64,000 nucleotides of DNA from Eledone cirrhosa (lineage: Eukaryota), in NCBI GenBank assembly GCA_964016885.1, contig OZ024742.1, positions 354,144,001 through 354,208,000 of the forward strand, written 5' to 3'. The first letter of the stretch is position 1. Each line of letters opens with the position of its first letter. The translations under genes were made by a program, and so were the position numbers. Shown piece by piece: positions 1 to 15,960 of this stretch. The notes below the pieces were generated by a model. The model was not told the origin of the DNA, did not search any database, and saw only the letters and a program-made list of their open reading frames with translations.

Positions 1-830
1 CACACAAATTACCACCCAACCACAAAAACCTCACTAAACACCGCAGAAACCGAAGTAGACCTGTCACATGGTATAACACCCCGTATTCTATATACGTCGC
101 CACTAACATACCGGGAATCTTCTTCGGGGCTCTCTAACAATCTTTTCCACGCACACACAAATACCACAAGCTCTTCAATAGACACACCGTAACATTTTCT
201 TTCTCCACAGTGCCAAATCTAGGCCATACAATAGCACACACCAATAGGGCAAAAATACGAAAACACATGGTTTCCCCACAACAAACCACCACTACAAACC
301 AGAACGAAACCACACATAAAACACAACACAACACAACAACCCACACACCAGACCCATACCGCATGACACCAACCGCCAACGTTCCACCACTCCAGTTACC
401 TCCAACTACAACTGCAAAAAACGAGCTGAATGCCCACCAAACGGGGATTGCCTCGTTAAGAATATTGTTTGCCGGTATGATGTCACAGCCGGCAATAAGG
501 AGTACTCATATATTAGTGCGACATCCACTACGTTTAAGGAGCGCTGGTTAACCTCAGAAGCTCCTTCAAACAGAGACTGAAACGACCCCAAACCAAACTG
601 GCCGACTTGATCTGGGACATCAAGGACAGGAATATTGAACCCCAGATTTCGTGGTCTGTGAAAAGACTCGTGGCACAAATCCCCAGTGACAGAAACTACC
701 GCAGATTATGCCTGGCTGAGATGGCGGAAATAATTAAATTAAAATCCGCTATAAACTATAGGTCGGACATAATTGTCAATTGCAGACACACCAGGCTGAA
801 CACCTTTTCCGCAAAATATTCGGAGGAGGG
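1..830 (+). pseudogene. Decayed Penelope-like element 3' coding fragment (post-RT linker and GIY-YIG endonuclease)
   Basis: Frameshifted translation WYNTPYS...FPRTHKYHKLFNRHT, a Cys cluster, then IWDIK...ISWSV...CLAEMAEII...CRH; collinear with the intact PLE C-termini at 13383 and 35408. Confidence 0.8.
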
Positions 831-835
831 CCATG

Positions 836-1165
836 CACTAACCATGACCCACCATAATAATAACCACCTCTGCCCCGTATCACCATCGCCCATCTCAACG
901 AATTTATTAATTTTATTTTACTTTATCTTATTTAATTGTATCGCATGTAACCATCTGTAAGCACGTATTTTCTATATCATGCCGCATACATCACCCCCAC
1001 CAAAAATCACACTAACCATGCCCCAGCATAATAATAACCACCTCTGCCCGTCTCACCATCGCCCATCTTAGCGAACTTATTTTATTGTACTGCATGTAAC
1101 CATTTCTAAGCCCGTATTCTGTATATCATGCCGCATACATCAACCCACCAAAAATCATATCACCA
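836..1165 (+). repeat. Two-copy ~175-bp tandem duplication in the PLE 3' region
   Basis: cactaaccatg...cataataataaccacctctgccc...caccatcgcccatct occurs at ~836 and ~1010. Confidence 0.85.
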
Positions 1166-1807
1166 TACACCCCTCATCCTTGCAACATTGTGTTCGATCG
1201 GTCTCCTATGATAGGTTTTACCTTACAATCCATAGTAACACGGGATCTTGTAAATACAATGTCGATCATATTTCACCACCGCCACCACCACGACCAGCAC
1301 ACATCGTCATGTGTCTACCATACACACCTTCAACATTATCCCCACATGTTCCCTCTGTCTACCCTAACCTACAACCCCACGCTATATTCGACCCTGTAAA
1401 TGTACTGTCGCGCGAACACACAACCACCGCCACCACCAGATACATCCACATAATTCAACAATCATTAACATCATTAACATCATCAACACATATCATTCCT
1501 CACTCCCAGATCGACTGTATTATACCCCCTGCTTACCCTGTAACACATCGTAACTTCCGATCATGTAATCATCTTGTCGAACATATCACCCCAGCACCAC
1601 CACCACCACCATGACCACAACACACATCGCCATACGTACATAAACTCCTCTCCCGCGTTCCCTATGTCACCTTTTAACCTGTAACCCATCGCACTATTGG
1701 ATCCTGTATATTTCTGTTGCTCACAACTCCACCACCACCACGACAAGACACAACTCCATAATTCATCAACACCGCCAACATATACGTCCACTCCCGAACC
1801 AACGCAA

Positions 1808-1896
1808 GTGTGTGTGTCTGTGTCTAAGTATGTTTTACATATACGGGCGTATAAATATGCGTAGTGTACGCATATTTATATATATATATGTGTGTG

Positions 1897-1939
<43 letters not shown>

Positions 1940-2472
1940 CGATATATATGTATATAGGTGAATATGTGTGTATGTGTGCGCGTATATGTCCATGTATGTG
2001 TATGTGTGTGTGTGTGTATATATATGTGTGTATACGTGTGTGTGTGTGTGTATGTGTATGTTTTGTATACGTGTGTGTGCGTGTATGTGCCCATATCCGT
2101 ATGTGTGTATGAGTGTATGTATGTGTATGTATATATGTATAACACCTTCTCCATTGCCTCTCACCTTCCCTCCATATTTGTCCTTCGCCACCCCCACCGA
2201 TACTCCTCCAATCTCCATATTTGTGTCCGCATGCGCGCATGCACATACATGTGTGTATATATACATATGGCTGTGTATGCGCGTGTGTCGATATGTGTGG
2301 GCGGGGGTGTGCATTTGTTTTGTGTGTGTTTATACATCAATATATGTGCGCATATATACATGTGTGTGTGTATACATATATAGTTACAGCCCCTGGATAT
2401 ATATATGTGCGCATATATACATATGTGTGTGTGTATACATATATAGTTACACCCACTGGATATATATATATA
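1808..2472. repeat. Compound (TG)n/(TA)n microsatellite
   Basis: Directly visible. Confidence 0.9.
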
Positions 2473-5224
2473 AAAGTAGTAAGATTTTATTTCAAGAGAA
2501 AGCCCCCCCCCCCCCTGCTTCTGATAGACACCACCAGAGGGTGTGTGTCCCCCCCCCCCCCGGTGTTTGCTTAGCTACGGCTTCCTAAAACTGTATAGCA
2601 AATAATAACACTGCTGATAGCAATAATAACACAGCTGGCAAATCTATTGTAATTACCTATAGAATTCTTCTCCTCAACACCCATTTATTTTAATTATATT
2701 TATATATACACTAGGAGATCGTGTGCACAATATATATCTCATATGTTAATAGCGCAAAATCTAGTACTTTTACTTATATTTCGATATCTTAGATGTACAT
2801 GCATCTGTTAATAATTCTCAAAACCAGTCGTACCCTACATTTTTTGGTTATTGAATGTCGAGATTTGTAAATATATGAGAGATATCGCATATGAGAGTGT
2901 CATTGAGGTTTTTAAATGATGCTTCCACGAAAATTATATGTGCATGTTTATTGGTGATTGATATATGTAGAAAATTAGCTACCGTTCAACATTTCCTAAG
3001 AAGGGTATCAATGTGTGTTTTTTTTTCCTAATTCATATGCAACATATGTAGTCACGAACGTAAGAAATGTCGAGAGATAGAATATGTCTCTTTTGAAAAA
3101 TATTCATTGCAAGGGATTGAATCTAGTTGCTTCCTCATTAAAAATGGAATTACTTGCAACATGTAAATCTTTATGTCAGTTAACATTCATATCAATATTA
3201 AAGTTAATGGTTTCTGTCGACGTTACATTTACGTTATCGTATATTACCCCTCCTCTAAATTTACATATCAAACTGTGCTTGCTGTGTTACTCACACACAT
3301 GCCTACAATACATACATGTTCTCTCTCTCTCTCTCACTCTCTCCTCCCCTCTCTATATGTCTCTCCCTCTCTTACTGTTTCTTTCTATCACTCTCACTCA
3401 CACATAAATACATATCCAATACGTTTCTTCTTTGTCATGATATGCTTGTATTGTACAGGAATCTGATACAGAGGATTATTTCTGATTGTAAACCTTATTT
3501 AGATACTTATAAGCGTTGCTAGGATGTTATAGTCACTATAACTAAATCTATGTTTTCTTTAGATGAGATAATTTTTCATATAGATTAATATGCCTCACCC
3601 AAACAGCCATGTCATATGTATCAAAAGATATATACCAGAACCAGTATTTTTGCGTGACTATGGTTGCAGGAAACCATATATTTGTTTATGAGTGCTGAGG
3701 ACCAAATTTATATTGACCGTTTGATTGCTTAAATCTGTTCAAATATCCAGTACATTTGTTATGTGGTGATGTATTGACAAGATTAGAAAATCATGCATAT
3801 ATACATATCGACGAAAGGTTCACATATAAAGTTCGAAGATTAGGCGAAATCCCATGCCGCAGACTCTTCGGTGTTAAGTACATGACATCTGCTAATAAAC
3901 TATATACGTTGGTGCTTAGATACCGGAACGTTTGTTCATATTTAACGGGGAAAATTATATAATTGCACATAACAGTAAATTATAAGGTCTGAAACAATCA
4001 AATATATATTACCCGGATAGTTTCTATATTATTTTATCTGATATAAGATTAGATTATGAGGAAATGATTCTGGATATTGTTTGTCATATTGTGAAATGTC
4101 ATTTGGTTAACTCAGGTCAGATTGGTGAGGATGAATATGAGATTAATATTTTAATAGTGCGAAGGAATTTAAATGGAAGTATGAAACCAAATTTATTGCC
4201 TCTTGTAATTTATTTTTTGTGTGTGGGGTGGGGGGTGGATATGAATCCGATATCATACGAAATCATGTTTTATGAAATGGATTCCCATCAGCTAATGGTA
4301 ATATCCAATGAATGATTTTTAGGCAATAATATATATTTGAAATGACCCCATTAAAATATTCATGAATTCTCATAACATATACATCCTTTCCACCGAGGAA
4401 TCCACGAGATAGAATGTATACAGAACTCGTAAAGTTCCAATCATATTTACTGTAATCGCTTCTAAAAATATTGTAGAAAAGCTGAAGTAGCCAATCGATG
4501 AAGCATGAAGTAGGCTACTAGCGATTATTTAGTTTTATTTTATGCTGATCGTATATATGGGATAGCGATGTTTGGCTATTTTTTTCTTTTATTCTTGTAT
4601 ATCAAGTTTTATGCATACGATGATTATAAGTAGGATAGGGAACTGCTACAGCTGTTGTTGCCATAAATGTAGTAGTCGTTATACTTACTGTTGCTATAAA
4701 ATATACTTGTGTTGTAATTGTATCATTGTACAAACTATGTTTCCGAAAATATTCCACACTAAATGGACAAGGTATAGGCAGTGGTATCGATTTCAATACA
4801 CAGTTTGAACATTTATTAGTATTATTAGTATTAATATTTTTAGAAGCTTTATTGAAAAAGTGCATCTGATTCATTGAATGTTCGACTGGACATGAAAACA
4901 TGACACACATCTCATGATTACTCTCATTAAAGATTATTCTCAGTTATTTGTAAAAATATATGTCGTTCGACTTATCAATTTGACAATTTTATTTGGTTTA
5001 CGAAGAATCATCTCCATATTATATTATATAAATTAACAAAGTATTTTCTATTGATTTTGTAAATATTCAACTTGTTATTGCTGAGTAGCACATAGAAATA
5101 TCTTTCTTAGAAAAATTGTATATTTTCCTTCATTATATGATTAAAAGTAAATCCTCATTATATTATTAAAAGTGGCTTCACGCAAAATTAGATTTAATAT
5201 GAAACAGTTGAAAGGTGTTAGGTT

Positions 5225-5400
5225 CGCAAAACTGGTAGGGCATCAGATGAATTATGGTTGCTATACTTGTTCTTGCTTATGAGATTCTAAGTTCAAATCC
5301 CGCCTAGCTCAAGCGCGTGGATGACGAATTAAAGTACCATTCTTGTACCAGGTCAAATGATTTTTCGGGGTTAGTTGTAACACATGAATAAAAAAAAAAC
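5225..5400 (+). mobile_element. Degenerate tRNA-derived SINE
   Basis: B-box gttcaaatcccgcc, taaagtacca and an A-rich tail; resembles the 6109 copy. Confidence 0.55.
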
Positions 5401-6108
5401 AATAATATTTTGTAATATTTTATCGGATGTCTAAAGTATTTGGATTTTATTTGAGCCGTTGCCATTAGTTTTCACGGCACTTCAGATATAATATAATTAT
5501 ACAATCTCTGGTTTTAGACATTCAAAGTATTGAAGAACAGTAATCAAACTAAGTAAATAATATTAATGGTAAAAAATCATATACACGAGATGATATATGA
5601 CGTGACATGGTACATAGAGAACGGGGATATATACAATATTGCATTACTTTTACATCTTTATTGTAACTTAGAATCAAACAATAATGAATGAATATTATGA
5701 ATAACTGGCAGAAAGTCCATCCTCGGGTGGTTTTCTTCTAGCATGTGTAGTGTGCGTATTGATATTATACGCAATTATATATGCATGTAGATATGATAAA
5801 TCAAATAAAATTGTAATTCACAATATACATAGAAATTGAACGAAGACTACGTTACACTGTCTTATGTAATCAGTAACGTAATCCATGATTTAAAAAAGAC
5901 GATATTATATATAAACTCCATTAGGAAAAAATTAGTGACGGAAATATATGAATGATTATTTAAGTGATCGCTAACCGAAAGTGTTGACATTTGAAAATGT
6001 TAAAGAAGAAAATCTTAAAATAAGCAACAAAATTATTTATATTTAATCAAGAATAACGAAATTTAGTAGATCATTATGTAATAGTCATTCATTATTTATT
6101 CAAAGTAA

Positions 6109-6288
6109 GGTGGATTGACAGTATAGGTAGAGGGTCGGACGCCATGCTTTCCAGCATAGTTAGTCCCTTTACGATCTGAGTTCAAATCTCGCCGAGGTTG
6201 ACTTTGCCTTTCATCCTTACGGGGTCGATAAAATAAAGTACCAGTAATGCACTGGGTAATTGCTGGCCTTGTGCCTAAAGTAGAAACA
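6109..6288 (+). mobile_element. tRNA-derived SINE with Meta/MESC-like core and 18-bp TSD
   Basis: B-box gagttcaaatc; core gcctttcatccttacggggtcgataaaataaagtaccag; TSD attatttattcaaagtaa at 6091-6108 and 6289-6306. Confidence 0.9.
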
Positions 6289-7800
6289 ATTATTTATTCA
6301 AAGTAATCCAACTTATTATACAAACGGAATAAAACAATATAATCTGGACGCAGTCCCGCACACCTTACTATATTATAGTTTAGATTTTCTATAGTTAGTG
6401 ACACAATATATCAAAGCGAAATTGTCGTAATTTATTCATACCACTCTATCAATATGACAAAGTAGAGCCCATGGTTCAGTCCACTGCCGCCTTGACTGCA
6501 AGGAGAAATATAAGAAAAGCTATATTACGTGATTTCATTAGTGTTTATCCAGCTAAAATACAAACAATGATCTGTTAGTTGTGTTGAACCTGATGTTGAA
6601 TTCAGTTGCGAAGAACGCGCAAATTCTTATTTCCTTTAATGCTAAGCTCTTTTGCTACTATAATTATGGCAATGTACTTTGGGTATATTTAGTAAAATAC
6701 CATATATGTTGAGGACGCGTCAAATGGAGGAGAGTATATTCCATTAGAGGTAATATTATACCCCAGTAATAATATAGATCGGTATTTATGGTAATAATTG
6801 TCTTTCCTTTAAACTTTCATACTCAGGGATTTTTCTTTACATAAATGAACATATTAGATAGTTAGGCTTTATCCAAACTTTAAGGTTTGAACAGGTATAT
6901 GAGGAGTACAGCTATACACCATAGTAAATGTTTCATGAAAGTGTATAAAACTGGGTTTCTCTTATTGCTCTACTACTTTACAGTCAATGCCTCCATGTCT
7001 CTCGCTCTCCCCATCTCTTATTAATATGTGTAAATTGAGGTCCAGGCGCTGGCCGCTCCGTGGCAAAGGCAGAGAGAATAGAGAAGGCGATTCCCGGAAG
7101 ATGACGAGGGAGACACATTAGAAGAGCCATTTCATGTGACGGGGCTCACAAATGCGGGAAGTCAACTTGGTGCGGATGGTGGCTGTTATGTTAGTTATTG
7201 TATTTCATTGTAAACGTTGATTAAGAAAATAAGTTCGAAATCCAACAATAATTGTCAGATACAGTGGATGATGTGAAATTACTACTTGATAGAGCAATAC
7301 CATCCACGCATGATAGCGTATATGGATATTGAATATCAGTCCTTGCTTGACAACATTTATAAGTCACGAAAAAAAACCAGATGGCCTTTGTCACTTAAAT
7401 GAAATAATTTCAATAGAACGTCGCTTATTTTTGAAGTATAAATGCGTTCATATTTTTCGATGCAGTGGAAAATATTTTAAAGATATACTATAGAATAAAA
7501 TGTTGTGTAAGAGTTTGATAGTCTTTCATCCTCTTATATCAAGAAATATAATTCAGGTTAAGAGAGTTCAAGGATTCCTCTGTTATATAGACATGTAGAA
7601 TAGAAATCTAAAGAAAGAAATGTGCATTGATCGGTCATACCCCAACATACTCTTGGTACGTATAAGGCGAGACTGCTAGCAGTGGCAATCGTCTTTATAC
7701 CTTCATTTGTACGAATTCTGCTCCTTCCCACTAATTGATTACAAACTTAATTCGTAGCATACACTGTCACAGTAGCTCAGACTTTCATGAGATGTCGCTG

Positions 7801-7840
<40 letters not shown>

Positions 7841-7880
7841 TATAAATATTAATAAAATAGATGTTCTTTTGATCAATTAC

Positions 7881-7933
7881 ATTTTATTATACATATTTCG
7901 GATGTACAACAGTACGTTCTCATCAGACAAAAT
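7881..7933 (-). ncRNA. Minimal type I hammerhead ribozyme in the PLE pseudo-LTR
   Basis: attttgt CTGATGA gaacgtac-tgtt-gtacatcc GAAA tatgta TA ataaaat; the inverted copy at 10709-10761 has GAAA>TAAA. Confidence 0.75.
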
Positions 7934-8747
7934 ATAATGATACATGACATACCCTGAGATGTTAAATGGTTAAGATTTAATCAAGGTAGTGATTAACCCT
8001 AGAGAAAATATTACTTATATAGCCTAATTAAGAAAATGCGAAAACGGAATAAATTCATTAGAGAATGTGTGAGTAAGAAAAAACATTGCATACTGTAACT
8101 GTTCTAAAGGCTTTAAAATGTATGATACTACGATATATCTAGGAAAACGTCTCATGAATCATAACAGCCAGTGATAGCCACTGGAAAAGGATTTATAAAG
8201 AGGGAAATATAAGGGGGGGGGGGTGATATATGTAGAAGGAGATTTTTCCGAAAGTTAAACGGTTAAATTTGAAAATATTTAATTCATAATATTAGGGCGA
8301 AGACTCCAGATTTCAGGATTATTTGCTGGTTATTTATATATTATTTTTATAAATTCGATAAGTGTGTTATCATTTGTAAACTTTTGAATTTTATAAATCA
8401 AACACTCATTAACAATTCACAGTTATAGATAAGTTTCCTAAAAATGTATGGATTGGGTATTAAACTAAAATTTAAAAAGATAAAAAATGTATTAAAAATT
8501 CACAATTATATATAAATTCCGTAAATATGTAAGGATTAGGTATTATACTAAATTATGAGCATAGATAGGAAGATAGATAGAGAAATAAGGAAATAAAGAA
8601 ATGATGGTATTGATCAAAGTTAACAAAATAATGTTGTGTATCAATGTTTAGGCATTTTAATAAACAAGTGTCATTTATTCGAGCGTTGTTTCATAGATAG
8701 CTATAAAATAAAGCAATATTAAAGGCCATTAATGTTTTTCCCTGTTG

Positions 8748-8934
8748 GGCGGTGAATTGGCAGTATCGGTAGAGGGTTGGACGCCATGCTTTGATGCATA
8801 GAGTTACGGCCCTTGCCATTCTGAGTTCAAATCCCGCCTAGGTTAAATTTGCCTTTCATCCTTACGGGGTCGATAAAATAAAGTACCAGTAATGCACTGG
8901 GATAATTGCTGGCCTTGTGCCAAAAGTAGAAACA
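8748..8934 (+). mobile_element. tRNA-derived SINE nested in the PLE, 20-bp TSD
   Basis: Same family as 6109; TSD attaatgtttttccctgttg at 8728-8747 and 8935-8954. Confidence 0.92.
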
Positions 8935-10859
8935 ATTAATGTTTTTCCCTGTTGATTATATATTCATGGTAACCGAGTTATTATTGGTTTGGTGTTATTG
9001 CTTCTTTTTTTCTCGTTTTACGTGAGGCTAAAAAGGTGGACGAAGTTTTATTGAGGCAACTAGAGAATAATTCACTTTTTTTGTTAATTAGTGTCTCATA
9101 GTTATTAATAATCAACAGGGTCTCCATTGTACAGAGCGGGCAGTTATTTGATATGCTAGAGTTGCGGTAAATTCCACGGTTCCGAAGTTTTGTCCAAAGA
9201 ATAGATTATTTTAAATCCTTCTCTTTTAATGACCATATGAGCTGTGATAAAGACGTGGATTATTTCCTCTTAGGGTTCGAGAATGAGCATTTATGGTTCG
9301 CAAAACGAGCTTTGAATGTGGACGAGGTCGATCCAATGTAGTTGTATGTGTTGTGATCAGTTTTTATGGTGCATTTATAAATCAAATTACTATCAAAACA
9401 ATTATTTTGCAAAGGGCAATTAGTTTTATTTCTACAATTACATTTTGGTTTATTATCATTTATGTTAACTCTATTATTATCATCATTAGGCTGGTTTGGT
9501 TTTAGGATTTTGGCGTTTAATTTAGCAATGTTTTGGGCCATGTTACTGGCTGTAGAATTTAAGAATTTAATGGTTTGTCTATTAAAAATGGAATGGTATT
9601 TATGTTCAGTAGGGAAAGAGGTGTCAAGAGCTTTAAAGAATAGCTTTGCAATTGGTGTTTTAACTGCGACCAAAGTAGGGGGTGCAAACCATATGACTGG
9701 TTTAGATCTAGTTCATATTCTCGATTTATTTAGCGTATGTGTGTTCGAATTTTAATTATTAGAGTTTCTCTTATATATGTTATTATATTTATTTTTATTA
9801 TTATTATTAGGAATAAAACTTGGATTATATTATCTACATATTCTATATTATTTATATATCCTACTCTTTTTAACGCGTTGTTGTATTATTCAGCGTTTTT
9901 ATCAAATATATTTTATTAGCTGATATTTTATTAATACGTTTTTGCACACTATTTACTATAGCTTTTTTTTACAGATCTCGGGTGATTTGAATAGTTACTA
10001 ACATAATTTAAATTTTCACTAGGCTTATGAAAAGTGTAATAGAATCCAGTGTTTAAGTTAAAGGTAACGTCAAGGAAATTAACGATTTTGGTACTATTTT
10101 CTACTTCTAATTTAAGGTCGTACGTTTTAAAGATTTCTATTATACTTTTCTTAACTCTATTTAGTTCTATATTGTTGTGTTTGACCACCGTAAATAAAAT
10201 GTCGTCCCTATATAAACCACCGGTAATCTCCGGCAGTTTTCTATTTATCATGTTTAATATGAAAATTCCCATAGTGATATCAAAGTTTCTATGTCTATCT
10301 GAGCGTGTCCAAAATTCGTTATTGAAGTTAATGAAGTTAGCCAGAAGAAATTTCATTAACTTCAATAACGAATTTTGGACGTATATCATTCTACATATAT
10401 CAGCCCCCCTCCATTTATCTTTTCCTCTTTATCTTTCCCTCTTTATAAATACTTGTCCAGTGGCTATCACTGGCTGTTATGATTCATGAGACGTTTTTCC
10501 TAGATATATCGTAGTATCATACATTTTAAAACATTTAGAACAGTTACAGCATGCAACGTTTTTTCTTACTCACACATTCTCTAATGAATTCATTACGTTT
10601 TCGCATTTTCTTAATTAGTCTATATAAGTAAAATTTTCTCTTGGGTTAATCACTACCTTGATTAAATCTTAACCATTTAACATCTCAGGGTATGTCATGT
10701 ATCATTATATTTTGTCTGATGAGGACGTACTGTTGTACATCCTAAATATGTATAATAAAATATAATTGATCAAAAGAACATCTATTATATTAATATTTAA
10801 CTAGTAATAACTACAGAAAAGTCATTCTTTGACATAATCATTGAATATCGTTTAACACT

Positions 10860-11003
10860 TTAATATATATATATATATAATATATATATATATATTATAT
10901 ATATATATAATATATATATATATATTATATATATATATAATATATATATATAATATATATATATAATATGTATATATAATATATATATATAATATATATA
11001 TAT

Positions 11004-11069
<66 letters not shown>

Positions 11070-11070
11070 A
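10860..11070. repeat. Interrupted (TA)n array
   Basis: Directly visible. Confidence 0.9.
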
Positions 11071-11101
11071 GATCAAAAGATGGTTAAAGGAGTTCCATGT
11101 A

Positions 11102-11168
11102 TTTTATTATGCGCATTTCAAAAACAAACATCATCATGCAATAATATTTGTGTTTTCATCAGATAAAA
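11102..11168 (-). ncRNA. Type I hammerhead ribozyme in a short non-coding insert
   Basis: ttttat CTGATGA aaaca...tgttttt GAAA tgcgca TA ataaaa; 6-bp stem I and palindromic stem III. Confidence 0.8.
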
Positions 11169-11300
11169 CAGGAGAACATGATATGGAGGCTAAAAAACGC
11201 TTGTGGATAGTGCAGTTTTAAATCAACATATTTATATGTTTTATTGTACTACAATAAAACTCACCTCCTACATTACATATATATATATATATATATATAT

Positions 11301-11649
11301 AGCGAGAATGCTGAGGATGGCTCTGAACATTAATCAGTATACACTGAGGATGAAAATCTCAGAGCTGTATGGGAGCATCCCAAAAGTCAGCTCAAAAGTG
11401 ACACAGAGAAGACTGAGGTTGGCTGGACATGCTCACCGACATCCAGAGTTGACATTGCACTCAGTGCTCCTTTGGGAGCCCCTACATGGACACACTAGAA
11501 GAGGAAGACCAAGGTTAACATATGTTGATGCCCTAAGGACAGACACTGGTCTGTTGGAGATGCAGGATATGGCAGCGATAATGAGGGACAGAGACTGCTG
11601 GAGAGAACTCGTCCATGGATCTCGGGAATTTTACCCGCCTTAGATGTAG

Positions 11650-11650
<1 letters not shown>
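11301..11650 (+). mobile_element. RTE-type LINE 3' fragment
   Basis: RMLRMALN...QRRLRLAGH...RRGRPRLTYVD...RDRDCWR is a typical RTE ORF C-terminus; stop at 11643. Confidence 0.8.
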
Positions 11651-13063
<1,413 letters not shown>

Positions 13064-13382
13064 TATATTTATAAAACCATATCTATTTCATTATATATAT
13101 TTCGGGGATATCATATTAACAATATGCTATGCCTTCATCAGACAAAATACAATATAAACAGTTTTATAGATAAATATATTCGACATACCGTAATAAACAT
13201 CAACTTCATTTGAAGAGGTTCACTCTAGCAGTGAAAATACAGAGAGAAAGAAAGAGAGAGAGAAAAGAGGGAAATAAGAAAGAAAGAAAGACAAAACGAA
13301 GAAAAGGAAGAAAAAAAAAATAGTCAATTTCCTAGATATAACATTAAATCTCAACACATGTCTCCACTATCCTTTTCAGAAG

Positions 13383-14357
13383 TTGAATGAAAACTTAAAC
13401 TATGTCAACTTTAACTCTAACCACCCCAGATCTGTCAAAAACACTATAGTAAACTCAGTCCAAAAACGTGTCTCTAGGATCTCGTCGAATAGAAAGATTT
13501 TTGACGAAAAGGCCCAATACTATAATGATGAACTAGCTAGGGCAGGGTATGCTGATAAGATTGTGTACATAGATAATGATAAACAAACTAAACAAAGTAA
13601 CAACTTTTTTAATTATGGCAACAACATTAACAACTATAATAGAAAGCATTACAATAATTCCAAAGGACAAAAAAGAAATAGAACTAGGAACATGATTTGG
13701 TTTGCCCCCCCTTTCTCACTAAACATTAAAACCCACATCGCTAAATTATTTTTCAAAGCTCTTGATAATCGCTTCCCTAGAACACATAGGTACCACTCAA
13801 TCTTCAATAGGCATACATTTAAATTAACCTACTCATCCACCAAAAATTTAGCACAAAATATTAATAGAATAAATAATAGGAACTTAAAACCTACTGATAA
13901 TAGCATAAATAATATACAAGTTAACAAATGTAACTGTAGAGATAGATCTAAATGTCCGTTAAATAACAACTGCTTAGTTAAAAATATAGTATACAATTGT
14001 AATGTTAATACTGACTCTAATTCTTTTAACTACGTCGGTTCCACATCGACGGAATTTAAACTTCGCTATAATAACCACAAGAATTCTTTCACAGATCCAA
14101 ATAAAAAATCTTCAACGGCACTATCAGGTGTACTCTGGCAACTTAAGTTAGATAACGTTAGATATTCGACGGCTTGGAATATAGTCTCAAGAGGGATTCC
14201 TTTTAATTCATCCTCTGAGACATGTGACCTCTGCGCAGAGGAGATATTCTTTATACTAAAATCTAAAAATTCCCTTAACCTACGGACAAATTTATTCAGT
14301 TGTTGCAAACATAGATTAAACTCAACGTTTAAATATAAATTTAAATTTAAAATGTAG
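13383..14357 (+). CDS. PLE RT C-terminus + GIY-YIG endonuclease (truncated ORF)
   Basis: SNHPRSVK, WFAPPFS, CNC...CPL..NC, IVYNC...YVGST, CDLC, CCKH. Confidence 0.85.
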   Translation: MNENLNYVNFNSNHPRSVKNTIVNSVQKRVSRISSNRKIFDEKAQYYNDELARAGYADKIVYIDNDKQTKQSNNFFNYGNNINNYNRKHYNNSKGQKRNRTRNMIWFAPPFSLNIKTHIAKLFFKALDNRFPRTHRYHSIFNRHTFKLTYSSTKNLAQNINRINNRNLKPTDNSINNIQVNKCNCRDRSKCPLNNNCLVKNIVYNCNVNTDSNSFNYVGSTSTEFKLRYNNHKNSFTDPNKKSSTALSGVLWQLKLDNVRYSTAWNIVSRGIPFNSSSETCDLCAEEIFFILKSKNSLNLRTNLFSCCKHRLNSTFKYKFKFKM

Positions 14358-15545
14358 TATATTTAGTTTGATTTATATTTATATGAGAACTAGCCGATAA
14401 ATCTTTTGATTCCTAAATCTTTGATTCCCTCTTTTTACTCTTTTTATTGTTTATTTTATTTTATTTATTTTTATTTTTATTTTTATTTTTATTTTTATTT
14501 TTATTTTTATTTTTATTTTTATTTTTATTTTTATTTTTATTTTTATCTAAACATTCCTCATGAAAAATTAAGCTACCCTAAAAGCCGATGCTCCAAATTT
14601 TCTGAATAACTTATATATTAAATATAGGAACATATGTAGACATTATTGGACATCATAATCTTTTTTGCGATATTCCTTGCTAGATGTGATTTGATAGATC
14701 ATTTTTGGCTTTGTCTTGTAGCGAACTTGGCAATATATTGTCAATTAACCTTGAAGGGTTGTTCTTTGTGGTTTATTTTTATTTTCATTTTTATTTTTAT
14801 TTTTATTTTTATTTTTATTTTTATTTTTATTTTTATTTTTATTTTTATTTTTATTTTTATTCTTTTAGTATTGTAGTATTCTATAATATTTTTATATTTT
14901 TATTTTTTATTTTATTTTATTTTTTATTTTTAATATTTTTATATGTAAATTTTTATTTTTAATATTTTTATATGTAAAGTTTTAATACGTAATATTTTTA
15001 ATACGTAGTATTTTTAATATGCAATATTTTTATTATGTAATATTCTTTCGTAATATTCTTTTTTTTAATTTTCTATTCTATATTTTTATATTTTTATATA
15101 TTTTTACTTATTATCATTATTATTGTTATCTCTGCTTATAATATAATATATATTTTCGATTAGTATATTGAAATCTGCTCTCTATTTCTGCTTGATAGAT
15201 AATCTTGTAGAGTAATCGCAAGAATAATAATACGCTCAAATTGTTATACCACATTGAGAATGTTTTCCGGTAACTTTGAATTTGCGGAGTGAATCAGTTG
15301 GATTCACATAGACATAAGAATTTTTTTTAAAAAACTAAACATAAGATAATGAATTTTCACGCATTGTGAATACTTGTTTCATTCAGGAATACTGATATTT
15401 ACAATATAGTGTAAGTTTTATAAATACTAATACATTAAAACATAGGGTTTTCTACGCCTCGAATATGTCTGGCTATTTTTAAATTTTTCTCTCTATATAT
15501 CTCTCTATGTCTCTCTATATATCTCCCTTACATTAATACTTGAGC

Positions 15546-15576
<31 letters not shown>

Positions 15577-15960
15577 ATGCATCATTGATACACTTTCTCA
15601 AAATGACCTCCCACTACCTAATTTTTCTATATCTATATTTATATATGTATCTATCTCTATTTCCTCTCTCTCTATATATATATATATATATCTTTCGGTC
15701 TCTTTACATGAAGCTCTTCGCTTTATCTATTTTTCCATCTCTCTATTTTGTCCCATGCATTTCTTCTTTTTTTTCTTCTTTTTCTTCCTTTTCTTCGTTT
15801 TGTCTTTCTTCGTTTTGTCTTTCTTTCTTTCTTATTTCCCTCTTTTCTCTCTCTCTTTCTTTCTCTCTGTATTTTCACTGCTAGAGTGAACCTCTTCAAA
15901 TGAAGTTGATGTTTATTACGGTATGTCGAATATATTTATCTATAAAACTGTTTATATTGT

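Larger units (their letters stand above)
7835..10857 (-). mobile_element. 5'-truncated Penelope-like element with inverted pseudo-LTR
   Basis: Minus-strand ORF remnants: RT motif LYRDDI, VNFLDVTFNL, SNHP (9949-10389) and GIY-YIG LIYKC...YIGST (9260-9673); 7835-8240 is repeated inverted at 10385-10800. Confidence 0.9.

Noticed and set aside
4602-4910. 102-aa minus-strand ORF in unique DNA as a possible host exon
   Set aside because: No recognisable domain, upstream in-frame stop and no convincing splice sites; needs RNA-seq or a homology search
6109-6200. tRNA gene suggested by the B-box
   Set aside because: It is the head of a SINE with core, tail and TSD; no cloverleaf
6700-6960. Faint Gypsy RT-like peptide (LLGYNITSNGI) on the minus strand
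   Set aside because: Too short and degenerate, with no other motifs
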